Below, one piece after another: positions 1-10,258 of a stretch of DNA of 64,000 nt. A program made the translations under genes and the position numbers. The stretch is from Candidatus Acidiferrum sp. Its GTDB lineage: Bacteria; Acidobacteriota; Terriglobia; Acidiferrales; UBA7541. The notes under the pieces were generated by a model. It was not told the origin of the DNA. It searched no databases and saw only the letters and a list, made by a program, of their open reading frames with translations. The stretch is taken from positions 6,463-70,462 of the forward strand of contig DASYXF010000113.1 of the NCBI GenBank assembly GCA_035935335.1. The letters are read 5' to 3'. How positions within the stretch are numbered: the first letter of the stretch is position 1; every line of letters starts with the position of its first letter.

Positions 1-596
1 CCAAAATAAAATTGCGCGGCGGCGGCGAAGCCGTAGTTGCCATGTGCGAGATAGACCTGGTTCGCGTACATGGTGAAGATTTGCGGCTTGGTGTAGCGGC
101 GTTCGATCTGCAGGCTGAGCAGCATTTCCTGCGCTTTGCGGCGGAAGCTGCGGTCGCTGCGGTCGAGGAACAGATTGCCGGCAAGCTGCATGGTGATGGT
201 GCTGGCGCCTTCGGCTTTGCGGTGTTTCAGGATGTTGCGGTAGGCGGCGCCGGCCACGCGCGGGAAGTCCACGCCCCAGTGATCTTCGAAGTGCTGGTCT
301 TCGATGGCAGTGACGGCGTTGTAGAGAACCTTGGGGACCTGCTCCCAAGTCATCAGGATGCGGCGCTGTAAGGCAAAGCTGCCGACGAGCTGGCCGTCGT
401 CGGCATAAATTTCTGTGACCACGTTGGGCCGATACGTTTCGAGCGCGCGGATTTCCGGCAGGTCGCTCTCGTAAACAAACAACAGCCCGGCGGCGGCGCC
501 CAAGGCAACCGAGCAAAGAAGCAGAAAAGCGACCGCAACACGGTCAATGAGCTTCCAGCCGCGGAGACGAAGGGTGATCGGGGGAAGGCTTAGCAT
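1..596 (-). CDS. mrcA: Penicillin-binding protein 1A (class A PBP), N-terminal part; runs off the window edge
   Basis: Manual translation from ATG at 596: MLSLPPITLRLRGWKL-TM helix-...IEDQHFEDHWGVD...GASTITMQLAGNLFL...RKAQE...YANQVYLAHGNYG, the transglycosylase motifs EDxxFxxHxG, GASTITxQL and RKxxE. Not in the ORF track because it is truncated. Confidence 0.9.
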   Translation of the reverse strand, partial: MLSLPPITLRLRGWKLIDRVAVAFLLLCSVALGAAAGLLFVYESDLPEIRALETYRPNVVTEIYADDGQLVGSFALQRRILMTWEQVPKVLYNAVTAIEDQHFEDHWGVDFPRVAGAAYRNILKHRKAEGASTITMQLAGNLFLDRSDRSFRRKAQEMLLSLQIERRYTKPQIFTMYANQVYLAHGNYGFAAAAQFYF

Positions 597-647
597 GAAA
601 CAAAAATTCTAACGCGGACGCAAATCACAAGGCGAGTCAGAAACGAA

Positions 648-1712
648 CTATGTTCCATCCGGAATCCAAACCTGCAACATCTTCACACGTTCCTGAGTCA
701 GCCAGGCTCTCCAGGCTTCCGGGGGAACGCTGGGATATTTGAGTTTCCCGAACTCTATCCAGGCTTCCCGGTAACGAAGCCAGGCGCTTTGTGCCGATAA
801 GATCCCCTCCGGAGTGACCGTCGTAAACTCAATGGGCTTGTTGGGCGCGGATTGGATTCGCTTGTGCAGCGCATCCAATTGGGCGTCGGCTTTCGCAGGG
901 TCGCCAGGCTTATATCTGGGAAACTGACCACGTTCAAATCGATTCAGGGCTTCCAGAAAAGCGTCCCTCAGGCAGGCTTCGGCCTCGATTTCGAAGGCCG
1001 CTCTGCCGGTTCCGCTCAGATCCACTTCATTGCGGGAACTGGATTCGAAGAACGCATTCGCGGCGGATTGCAATTCTTTGAACGCCCGCTGCTCCTCCGG
1101 CGTCCAGGTTTGCGTGATGGCATCCAGTTTCTTCGCCCTCTTTACCTGGACGAGGTCCTCCCGCAGCTTTGCGCACCAACCCTGCATCAATCCGCTGGTG
1201 GCATCGTCGCACAAGTTGAAATTCTCCCCGGCCCAGCTTTCCTGTTGGAGCCGCAGCAGGTGTTCGATCCTGCGGGCATTTTCGGCGGGAGCACCCTCGA
1301 CTTCACAAGCGAATTTCAATGCCAGGTCAAAACTCCGGGGGACGCCCTTCCCGTTCGCGTAGATCATGGCCAGCAGGCCTGCGCCTCCGAACACGAGTTC
1401 CGGCCGCTTTTGCCCTCGCTCTCGCTCGATGAAGGCACACTTTCGAGCCTTGGCCGAATCCGCGGGCACGCCAAAACCAAAGTAGAGATCGTAGGAACTG
1501 CAGCCGGCCAGTTCTGGTCTTTCATCCGGGCTGGGCAGATCCGCTGGGGGATCCTCGATGGGGCCTAGCCGCACGCATTCCTGGCGGCCATCAACGTCAG
1601 CCTGTTGGGAGCAGATTTCGGATGGAAGAAACAGCAGCACCGATCCGAGAACGAAAGTGCCGGTTAATTTCCAACCTTGGAAACGAGAAATGATCGGGGA
1701 TAGCGAGAGCAT
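648..1712 (-). CDS. Secreted Sel1-repeat / LprI (DUF1311)-like protein
   Basis: N-terminal hydrophobic stretch; Sel1-like LAMIYANGKGVPRSFDLALKFAC; LprI-like C...C and C-terminal AQSAWLRYREAW motifs. Confidence 0.65.
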   Translation of the reverse strand: MLSLSPIISRFQGWKLTGTFVLGSVLLFLPSEICSQQADVDGRQECVRLGPIEDPPADLPSPDERPELAGCSSYDLYFGFGVPADSAKARKCAFIERERGQKRPELVFGGAGLLAMIYANGKGVPRSFDLALKFACEVEGAPAENARRIEHLLRLQQESWAGENFNLCDDATSGLMQGWCAKLREDLVQVKRAKKLDAITQTWTPEEQRAFKELQSAANAFFESSSRNEVDLSGTGRAAFEIEAEACLRDAFLEALNRFERGQFPRYKPGDPAKADAQLDALHKRIQSAPNKPIEFTTVTPEGILSAQSAWLRYREAWIEFGKLKYPSVPPEAWRAWLTQERVKMLQVWIPDGT

Positions 1713-1790
1713 GGACGGGCAATTCTAACGCAGAATAATTGCGTTGCGGGGGAGCGAAACAAAAAGCCTTTGCGCTTTAGGAACATCCCC

Positions 1791-1818
1791 GGAACGAGTT
1801 CTATGCGCCGACGCGTAA
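1791..1818 (+). promoter_or_regulatory. Putative ECF-sigma promoter (GGAACG-N17-CGTAA)
   Basis: Matches the generic ECF -35 GGAAC / -10 CGT architecture ~50 nt upstream of ATG 1870. Confidence 0.35.
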
Positions 1819-1869
1819 TTTAATGGATACTTGTCCTGCTTTATAGCAAAACATGGGGGACTTGGGCCA

Positions 1870-2304
1870 ATGTACGTGCTGCTTTTTTCTGTATCGGTGA
1901 TCCTGGCGTTCGGTTTAGCCTTCGGCGTTTCTTTTATCTTCAGGCGAATGACGCAGAATGTTCTTTCCCGCTACCTGGCGGAAAACGTGAGTCAAGCCAC
2001 CGCGAAGTATCTGCAAATCGCGATTCTGCTGGCTGGAGTTTCCGGCGGAGCGCGGATTCAAATGCTGAAGGATTACGTGAACACGCCCGCTTACAATGCG
2101 GAGGCATTGCAGGCGCAGATGACCACGGGCCTTTGGAGCCTGGCGATGTACAACACCGCGACCGATGCGTTGCTGGGAATTCTCTGGCTGATGATTGTGT
2201 TCGCGTTTTTGGCCACGGTGGCGGTGGCTTTCATCCGCAGGTCGAAGATCCGGTGGCTGCTGCCGGAGCGGCAGGAGATTCGTGGTTCCTGGTCGAGTAA
2301 ATAA
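1870..2304 (+). CDS. Hypothetical membrane protein (about 3 TM helices)
   Basis: ORF with hydrophobic segments; ATG at 1870 preferred over TTG 1831. Confidence 0.65.
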   Translation: MYVLLFSVSVILAFGLAFGVSFIFRRMTQNVLSRYLAENVSQATAKYLQIAILLAGVSGGARIQMLKDYVNTPAYNAEALQAQMTTGLWSLAMYNTATDALLGILWLMIVFAFLATVAVAFIRRSKIRWLLPERQEIRGSWSSK

Positions 2305-2330
2305 AAGAAGATTTGGATTCATCCCGAATT

Positions 2331-2906
2331 TCAGTCGGCGTGTACGTAGTAGCGTTCGCCGGCGCATGCGCGGCAGAGGGTGCGGCCGCCTACGGTGACT
2401 TCGCGCTTGAAGTTGATGCCTTCGCCGCATTGCGCGCAGACGACTCGCGGGCCTTTGAATCCCGGCAGGTCTTCGGGATGAATTTCCACCTTCACCCATT
2501 CCGTTGAGAACAGAACATCGTCGGAGAGTTGCGCGTAAGCTTTCTGCTGGGCTTCTTCGCGCGGCAGGTTGGGGAAAAGGTCCTTGGCGGCCTGTTTTGA
2601 GGATTCCTTCGCGGCGACGCGAATGGCGCGGCCAGTCTGAAGATCGCAGAAGGTGGCGGCTACTTTGCCCCAGTCGCGGAATTTCAGGGCGCGCTTGCCG
2701 AGGCGACAGTTGGCCACAAGCGCCACGGCGTCGGTGACGCAACGGTCGATCTCGACGTAGGTGACGATGCGCTTGCGCTCAGCGATGGGATCGAGGCCCA
2801 GTTCGCGGATGCCAAGCATTGCCAGGCGCACGCCAAGCACTTGACCAGCGCAGAGGTGGCCGTGGGCGACAGCGGCGAGTTCCAGGTATTCGTTGAGTGT
2901 TTTCAT
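2331..2906 (-). CDS. FmdE-family protein with C-terminal zinc finger
   Basis: HGHLCAGQVLG motif, EIDRCVTDA, C-terminal CxxCGE...CxxC. Confidence 0.85.
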   Translation of the reverse strand: MKTLNEYLELAAVAHGHLCAGQVLGVRLAMLGIRELGLDPIAERKRIVTYVEIDRCVTDAVALVANCRLGKRALKFRDWGKVAATFCDLQTGRAIRVAAKESSKQAAKDLFPNLPREEAQQKAYAQLSDDVLFSTEWVKVEIHPEDLPGFKGPRVVCAQCGEGINFKREVTVGGRTLCRACAGERYYVHAD

Positions 2907-2930
2907 AGTGCAGCCACAAAAAGGAACATT

Positions 2931-3050
2931 GTCATTCTGAACGCATCCGACGAGGATGCGTGAAGAATCTCAACGCCCATACACCGTGCGAGCAATCCAG
3001 AGTTGAGATCCTTCGCTCCGCCTGCCTGCCGCAGGCAGGCTCAGGATGAC
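2931..3050. repeat. Intergenic palindromic element (GTCAT(C/T)CTGA...TCAGGATGAC family) with nested 19-bp hairpin
   Basis: Terminal inverted repeats gtcattctga / tcaggatgac; related copy at 17224-17400; nested CCTGCCTGCCGCAGGCAGG at 3021-3039. Confidence 0.7.
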
Positions 3051-3601
3051 ACCGTTGTGCTTGTGGATGGTCTCGCGGTCTGCTCTGGCGTCGCGGCGTT
3101 CCACGGATGCGGCTTGCGGGCTTCAACGAAGGCGAAATAGGTCGTCAACACCGCTAGGGCCGAGAAGCTAGCATCGCGAATCACGGTCATTCCTGTGAGT
3201 TTCTCCGGAGTGCCGAAGCAGCCGCAGTTGATGTCCATGTGCAGGAGATACGCGCGAGTCACCACACCGAGGAAGCCGACCATAATCAGCGTCACGATGC
3301 TCGCCCAAATTCGCAGACCCCAGCCGACGATCAGCATCAGGCCAACGACGATTTCCACGAACGGCAGTGTATGCGCGAGGAGGCCCGCCGCCGCCGGCGA
3401 GAGCATTTTGTAGGACTCCACCTGCTGCTGGAACATCGTCAGATTCGTGGACACGGAAAATTTCAAGAAGAAGTAGGGCCACAGATGTGTGTTGGGCATC
3501 AACAGCTTCGCGAAACCGGCGTAAATAAAAATCGCGCCAAGCACCAGGCGGCCAATCCAGAGGATGATGCGGCGGTAGTTAAAGGGAGAAGATTGCAGCA
3601 T
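3041..3601 (-). CDS. MauE/DoxX-family membrane protein
   Basis: RLVLGAIFIYAGFAK, LPFVEIVVGLMLIVG and DINCGCFG motifs. Confidence 0.85.
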   Translation of the reverse strand: MLQSSPFNYRRIILWIGRLVLGAIFIYAGFAKLLMPNTHLWPYFFLKFSVSTNLTMFQQQVESYKMLSPAAAGLLAHTLPFVEIVVGLMLIVGWGLRIWASIVTLIMVGFLGVVTRAYLLHMDINCGCFGTPEKLTGMTVIRDASFSALAVLTTYFAFVEARKPHPWNAATPEQTARPSTSTTVSS

Positions 3602-3662
3602 TGGGCCTCAGTGCCAGAAGCTACCAGTAATCGGTAATCAGTTTCAGAAACTTTTGGAGCTT

Positions 3663-3687
3663 GCCGACCTGGAGGTCGGCCACTACA
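3663..3687 (-). repeat. GTAG-type REP (TGTAGTGGCCGACCT(C/T)CAGGTCGGC)
   Basis: GTAG tetranucleotide followed by a hairpin; near-identical copy at 22264-22288. Confidence 0.7.
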
Positions 3688-3692
3688 TATCT

Positions 3693-4418
3693 TTACTTCT
3701 GCGCGATCAGTTGATCGAGGAATTCCTTCAGCACATCGTAACTGAGCGTTCCGGCATAGGGATAGTTCTGCCCCTTGGCGTGAAAAACGGAGGTGGGCGT
3801 TTGCGTCACCGGCAGCGTCAGGCCAATCTGCTTATCTTTTTCAATCAATGGCTCAAGGGTTTTGGCATCCACGATCGCTTGCACCTTTTTCATTTCCGCG
3901 GGAGAAAGCACACCGGCTACGGTTCCCTTCACGTCTCCGTTCGCTTCCCACTTCTCCTGGTTTTGGAACAGCGTCATTTCCACGGCTTCGCATTTCCCGA
4001 TATGCGCCGCCGCCCGCGAATAGCTGGCCGCGACGCGCGAGTACGCGTGCATGGGCAGCGGGAAGTCGCGGTGCACCAGGTAGACTTTGCCGGTGTTCAC
4101 GTAGTTGTCCATGACCTTCTGCGTCGTATTTAGAAAGAGCTGCTTGCAGGCCGGGCACTGAAAATCGCTATAGATTTCGACGACCACGGGAGCCGTCTTG
4201 GAGCCGAACGCCTTCGCCGGATCAATGTCCGTTACGCCATTTACGGTAATGGTGGCCGTGGAGACGGCAGGCACCTCGGGCGCTTTTGGAGCCGAAGGCT
4301 TCTTCGCCGACGCTGTTTTTGTCTGCGCGTTCTTGTCCAGGGGCGCGGCAAGCAGGAGGGTGCCACAGGCAATTACGGTCAGAAGGCTGGCAGAGACGAA
4401 CGGGAGAGGCCGGTTCAC
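3693..4418 (-). CDS. dsbA: DsbA-family thioredoxin-fold protein (exported)
   Basis: Signal peptide; YSDFQCPAC active site; HRDFPL; cis-Pro TQTPT. GTG start at 4418 follows GGAGG. Confidence 0.85.
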   Translation of the reverse strand: MNRPLPFVSASLLTVIACGTLLLAAPLDKNAQTKTASAKKPSAPKAPEVPAVSTATITVNGVTDIDPAKAFGSKTAPVVVEIYSDFQCPACKQLFLNTTQKVMDNYVNTGKVYLVHRDFPLPMHAYSRVAASYSRAAAHIGKCEAVEMTLFQNQEKWEANGDVKGTVAGVLSPAEMKKVQAIVDAKTLEPLIEKDKQIGLTLPVTQTPTSVFHAKGQNYPYAGTLSYDVLKEFLDQLIAQK

Positions 4419-4700
4419 AGATTCCTCCAAGAAAAGGCAGCAATGAGCGAATTCCTGCTCAGAGTATCACAGGTTGAAATGCCCAACCCGGCCCCGAAAG
4501 GCAGGCGGCCTAGCAAGCTCACTCTGTAAGTTGCCACGACGGGGATTGTCCGCTGTCACCCAACCAGGAAATGGGGTGTCGCTTCCCGAAAGAGACGGCT
4601 GCCGGGCGGCCCAGGGAACTCAAACGGGAGGAGGGATGGAGGGAGGGGAAAGGGTCTGTAATCTAAAGCAAAATAATGCTTTATTCTTGCTATCAAACAA

Positions 4701-4730
4701 CTTGACAACATTACACTCAACCTATATACT
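4701..4730 (+). promoter_or_regulatory. Sigma70 promoter of dnaK overlapped by a HAIR (HspR) operator
   Basis: TTGACA (4702-4707)-17 bp-TATACT (4725-4730). CTTGACA-N7-ACTCAAC (4701-4721) resembles the HAIR consensus CTTGAGT-N7-ACTCAAG, and hspR lies in the same operon. Confidence 0.8.
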
Positions 4731-4900
4731 TGCCCTCGTTTGGCAGCTTTGCACAGGGTTCGGGCGAGGTTTTCGCTGGTAGAGAGAACCCGAAGAAGGC
4801 GGCCTAACCATTCGCTTAGGCTCAGGTCAAGAAGCCGCCCCTACATTTCAGAGGCGCCCCTTAGCGAGTTTCAGCAATCAATCTGAAGGAGAAGGAAGCG

Positions 4901-6853
<1,953 letters not shown>

Positions 6854-6856
6854 AGA

Positions 6857-6900
6857 AGTAATCAGTAATCAGTAATCAGTAATCAGCGATCAGTAATCAG
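6857..6900 (+). repeat. Heptamer tandem repeat (AGTAATC)n
   Basis: About 6 copies directly after the dnaK stop; the same unit occurs at ~3625-3641 and 12754-12862. Confidence 0.8.
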
Positions 6901-6966
6901 GAAGCGGTCCGTGGATGGGATCAGGCTCTAAGGTCCCATCCTACCGGCTACGTGGAGCGAGTTAGA

Positions 6967-7161
6967 ATGACCCTTCAGATGATTCGGGCCTTTGCCCTGA
7001 TGGCAAGCGCCCTCACTGGAGCTTACTCACTTTTTCTAGACGCACGAGGCCGGGGTGAGTCACTTCGGTTGTATGACCGCACGATCCGGCTTCTCGGATC
7101 AATTCTGCTGCTTGGGTTTGGAATTGGTGGCATGTTTATGTGGTTGGGAAAGTGGAAGTAA
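6967..7161 (+). CDS. Small hypothetical 2-TM membrane protein between dnaK and dnaJ
   Basis: 64-aa ORF with two hydrophobic segments; GGAG upstream; codon usage unlike its neighbours. Confidence 0.45.
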   Translation: MTLQMIRAFALMASALTGAYSLFLDARGRGESLRLYDRTIRLLGSILLLGFGIGGMFMWLGKWK

Positions 7162-7197
7162 AGACTCTTAGCAAACAAATCTTTCAATTGAGCATCA

Positions 7198-8355
7198 ATG
7201 GCGACGAGCGCTAAACACGATTATTACGAACTGCTGGGAGTGGAGCGAAAGGCGACGGCGAAGGATATCCGCACGGCATTTCGAAAGCTGGCGCGCAAAT
7301 ACCACCCCGATCTGAATCCCGGCGATAAATCCGCGGAAGAGAAATTCAAGCAACTGCAGGAAGCCTACGACGTTCTTTCCGATACGAAAAAGCGCCAGAT
7401 GTATGACCAGTACGGCTTCTACAGCGAGAACGCTCCGCCTCCCGGCTATGGCGGCGGAGCCGACGCCGGCGACCCCAATGTGAATTTTGATTTTGGTGGA
7501 TTTGATTTTGGCGGCGGCAGCGGCGGCGCGGGCACTGGCGGAAGTTTCCGCGATCTCTTCAGCCAGTTTTTTGGCGGCGGGCGCGGCGTGGCAGCGGAAC
7601 CGGAACACGAGCCCGGCGGCGATCTGGAATACCAGATCGAAATAGAGTTTTGGGATGCGGTGCGCGGCGCGGTGAAAAAGCTGCAGATCACGCGGCTCGA
7701 TTCGTGCGAAGTCTGCCACGGCACAGGAGCGGTGGGCACGCCGCAGACTTGCCCGATGTGCAATGGCACGGGCCAGGTTCAGCAGGCGGCTGGCAAGATG
7801 CGCTTCAATGTGCCGTGTAGCCGCTGCGGGGGTACGGGAAAGCTGCGCACGGCCTGCAAGAACTGCGGCGGCGAAGGCCGCGTGCGGCGCACGGAAACGA
7901 TTGACGTGCGCATTCCGGCTGGCGTGGCGAATGGCGGACGGGTGCGCGTGCCGGGCAAAGGCAATGCGGGAACGATGGGAGCGCCAGCGGGGGATCTCTA
8001 TTTGCGGGTGGTGGTGAGGCAACACGACTTTTTCGAACGCCGCGGGAACGATTTGTATACCAAGGTACCTGTGACCGTGGCGGAAGCGTCGCTCGGCGCA
8101 AAGGTGGAAGTGCCGACGATTGACGGCCGGGCGCTGGTGAGGATTCCTCCCGGAACGAACAGCGGGAAGACGTTGCGGCTGAAAGAAAAGGGCGTGCCGA
8201 GCGCGCGCAATGGCGAACGCGGCGACCAGTACGTGGAGATTCAAGTAGTAGTGCCGGAACCGACGGACGAACGGGTTCGCAAGTTGATGAAGGAACTTGA
8301 AGAAGTTGCGCCGGCCGATCCGCGCAAGGATTTGTTTGCGAAGGCTGGAGTGTGA
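7198..8355 (+). CDS. dnaJ: Chaperone DnaJ
   Basis: J domain with HPD, G/F-rich region, four CxxCxGxG repeats. Confidence 0.98.
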   Translation: MATSAKHDYYELLGVERKATAKDIRTAFRKLARKYHPDLNPGDKSAEEKFKQLQEAYDVLSDTKKRQMYDQYGFYSENAPPPGYGGGADAGDPNVNFDFGGFDFGGGSGGAGTGGSFRDLFSQFFGGGRGVAAEPEHEPGGDLEYQIEIEFWDAVRGAVKKLQITRLDSCEVCHGTGAVGTPQTCPMCNGTGQVQQAAGKMRFNVPCSRCGGTGKLRTACKNCGGEGRVRRTETIDVRIPAGVANGGRVRVPGKGNAGTMGAPAGDLYLRVVVRQHDFFERRGNDLYTKVPVTVAEASLGAKVEVPTIDGRALVRIPPGTNSGKTLRLKEKGVPSARNGERGDQYVEIQVVVPEPTDERVRKLMKELEEVAPADPRKDLFAKAGV

Positions 8356-8468
8356 GGAGGAAAGTTTCTTTGTTTTTAGTTATAAGTTTTTAGTTTTAAG
8401 TAAATCCGGAAACCACGATTGGACTTGAAACGGAAAGCTTATAACTTACGACTGAAAACTAATCCGCC

Positions 8469-8858
8469 ATGCCGCCAAAGACTAGAAAACGCGCCAAAGC
8501 CGGTTACATGATCAGCGCTGTCGCGGAGATTTATAAGCTGCATCCGCAGACGCTGCGCTTGTATGAACGTGTGGGGTTGCTGAAGCCCTCGCGCTCGCAG
8601 GGCAATACGCGGCTGTATACGGATTCGGACCTGGAGCGGTTGGATGTGATTCTGACACTGGCGCGCGACATGGGGGTGAACCTGGCGGGCATCGAGATCA
8701 TCCTGAACATGCGGGAGAAAATGATCGAGATGGAGCGGCAGATGAGCGAGTTTGCGCATGTGGTGCAGCAGGAATTGTGCCGCATTGCCGCGCAGCCCGA
8801 TGAGAAGGCGTCGAAGCATGCGATTGTGAAGGCGGGGCCGCGCATAGTGAAGGCGTGA
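8469..8858 (+). CDS. hspR: HspR-like MerR-family heat-shock repressor
   Basis: ISAVAEIYKLHPQTLRLYERVGLLKPSRSQGNTRLY...GVNLAGIEII is the HspR signature; it lies downstream of dnaK-dnaJ. Confidence 0.9.
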   Translation: MPPKTRKRAKAGYMISAVAEIYKLHPQTLRLYERVGLLKPSRSQGNTRLYTDSDLERLDVILTLARDMGVNLAGIEIILNMREKMIEMERQMSEFAHVVQQELCRIAAQPDEKASKHAIVKAGPRIVKA

Positions 8859-8950
8859 CCCGTGGCCAGCGACCGGCGACCAGTGAAGAGTCGATGAGCG
8901 TGCGGTGCGGGATTGACGGATAACAGATAACAGCGATCAGGAAGCGTCGG

Positions 8951-8983
8951 AAAGCCTCGATCAATCGAGGCTTTTGTTTTTTG
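8951..8983 (+). terminator. Intrinsic terminator of the dnaK operon
   Basis: AAAGCCTCGAT-CA-ATCGAGGCTTT hairpin followed by a T-tract. Confidence 0.75.
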
Positions 8984-9046
8984 TGCACAGATTTCCGCAG
9001 GCGAGACGCATTGTGAGCCGCGGCGATGGGACGTATGATGCTTTTA

Positions 9047-9160
9047 TTGAGTGCGGGAGCGAAGCTCCCGCTTTTGAGATTGCACCCGCAGCGGGAAATT
9101 TAGATTGGGAGTCGGGGGTTTACACCGTAAAAGCGGCAGATGGGCTGCCGCACTCCAAAG
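9047..9160. repeat. REP-doublet/MITE-like element (GAGTGCGGGAGC..GCTCCCGCTTTT - spacer - AAAAGCGG..CCGCACTCCAAA), copy 1
   Basis: Two inverted hairpin units; further copies at ~13417-13530, 55416-55528 and 58035-58169. Confidence 0.75.
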
Positions 9161-9166
9161 GAAAAC

Positions 9167-9994
9167 ATGGCCAGGGAAGATTGCGCGCTGTGCAAGGGGA
9201 CGGGTTGGAAGATGGTTCCGCGGAAAGACGGCGCGGCGGGCCAGATGGCCGTGGCCTGCGAGTGCGGGATGGAGGAGCGCGCCGAAAAAGTGATGGAGCG
9301 GGCGCGTATACCAAAACGCTACGAGCATTGCGATTTCGAGAGCTACGTGACGGATCTGGTCGATGGAAAGACTTACACTTCTCAAAACTGCGCCGCACTT
9401 AAGAGCGCAAAAATGATGGTTCAGGGTTTTGTGCGCGACTATCCAGGTGGAGACCAATCGGGGTTGCTTTTGATGGGGAATTCCGGGATTGGCAAGACCC
9501 ATCTCGCGGTTGCAGCGCTCAAGGAGTTGGTGATACGGGGACACAGCGGGTATTTTTGCGAATACGGGGCCCTGCTAAGGGAGATCCAAAACAGCTATAG
9601 GTCAGATAGCGATGCGAGCGAGGTGCAAATCCTTAAACCGATCCTTTCCTCTGAGGTGTTGGTAATTGATGATTTGGGCTGTATTAAGCCGTCCGATTGG
9701 GTTCGTGACATGGTCGGTTATATCTTGAATACAAGATATGCCGAGGCTTCCCGGGACCTAAGCCATCCGCGCTGCACGATCATCACTACCAACTATCTGG
9801 ACAATCCTAAGTCCAAAGGAGAACCGGCCAAATTGCCTTCGGGAAGGTACGTACCTCCGGTACAAGATGATTCACTCGCAGTACGTATCGGCGATCGTAT
9901 GAGATCTCGATTGTTTGAGATGTGCCGCACGCTGGAAATAGACGCCCCCGATTTCCGCCGCGAAGCGCGTCAGGCTGGCCGCGCACGGGCTTAA
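9167..9994 (+). CDS. DnaC/IstB-like AAA+ ATPase (helicase-loader type)
   Basis: N-terminal CxxCxGxGW...CxC zinc motif, Walker A GNSGIGKTHLA, Walker B VLVIDDLG, TIITTN, RMRSRLFEMC. Confidence 0.85.
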   Translation: MAREDCALCKGTGWKMVPRKDGAAGQMAVACECGMEERAEKVMERARIPKRYEHCDFESYVTDLVDGKTYTSQNCAALKSAKMMVQGFVRDYPGGDQSGLLLMGNSGIGKTHLAVAALKELVIRGHSGYFCEYGALLREIQNSYRSDSDASEVQILKPILSSEVLVIDDLGCIKPSDWVRDMVGYILNTRYAEASRDLSHPRCTIITTNYLDNPKSKGEPAKLPSGRYVPPVQDDSLAVRIGDRMRSRLFEMCRTLEIDAPDFRREARQAGRARA

Positions 9995-10029
9995 TATAAA
10001 TCCGCACCGTCATTATCAAACCCCTTTGA

Positions 10030-10059
10030 TTGACAGGGGGTTTAGGCGGCGAGTATTCT
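10030..10059 (+). promoter_or_regulatory. Putative sigma70 promoter for rpsA
   Basis: TTGACA-18 bp-TATTCT about 200 nt upstream of rpsA. Confidence 0.55.
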
Positions 10060-10258
10060 TTTAAGGCTGTGGCGCTCCCCGCGACCTACCCGCGGCAGGC
10101 GGGCGTTTGCAGCATCTCAGTAGCTAGAGACCGAGTTACACCGAGCAGGAGCACTTCCTCTTTGCCCCGTTGTAACCCCTCCTTGCATTACCCCGGTTGG
10201 GATCTGGCAAGGATTGACTCGACAAAAACAGGGATAGAAATCCCGGAGGCGATTGAAC

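Noticed and set aside
4446-4700. Possible structured ncRNA or riboswitch in the dsbA-dnaK intergenic region (GAAA-capped hairpins)
   Set aside because: No recognisable family consensus by eye; an Infernal/Rfam search would be needed.
9167-9994. IS21 element (istB)
   Set aside because: No istA transposase or terminal inverted repeats; the Zn-binding N-terminus fits a helicase loader.
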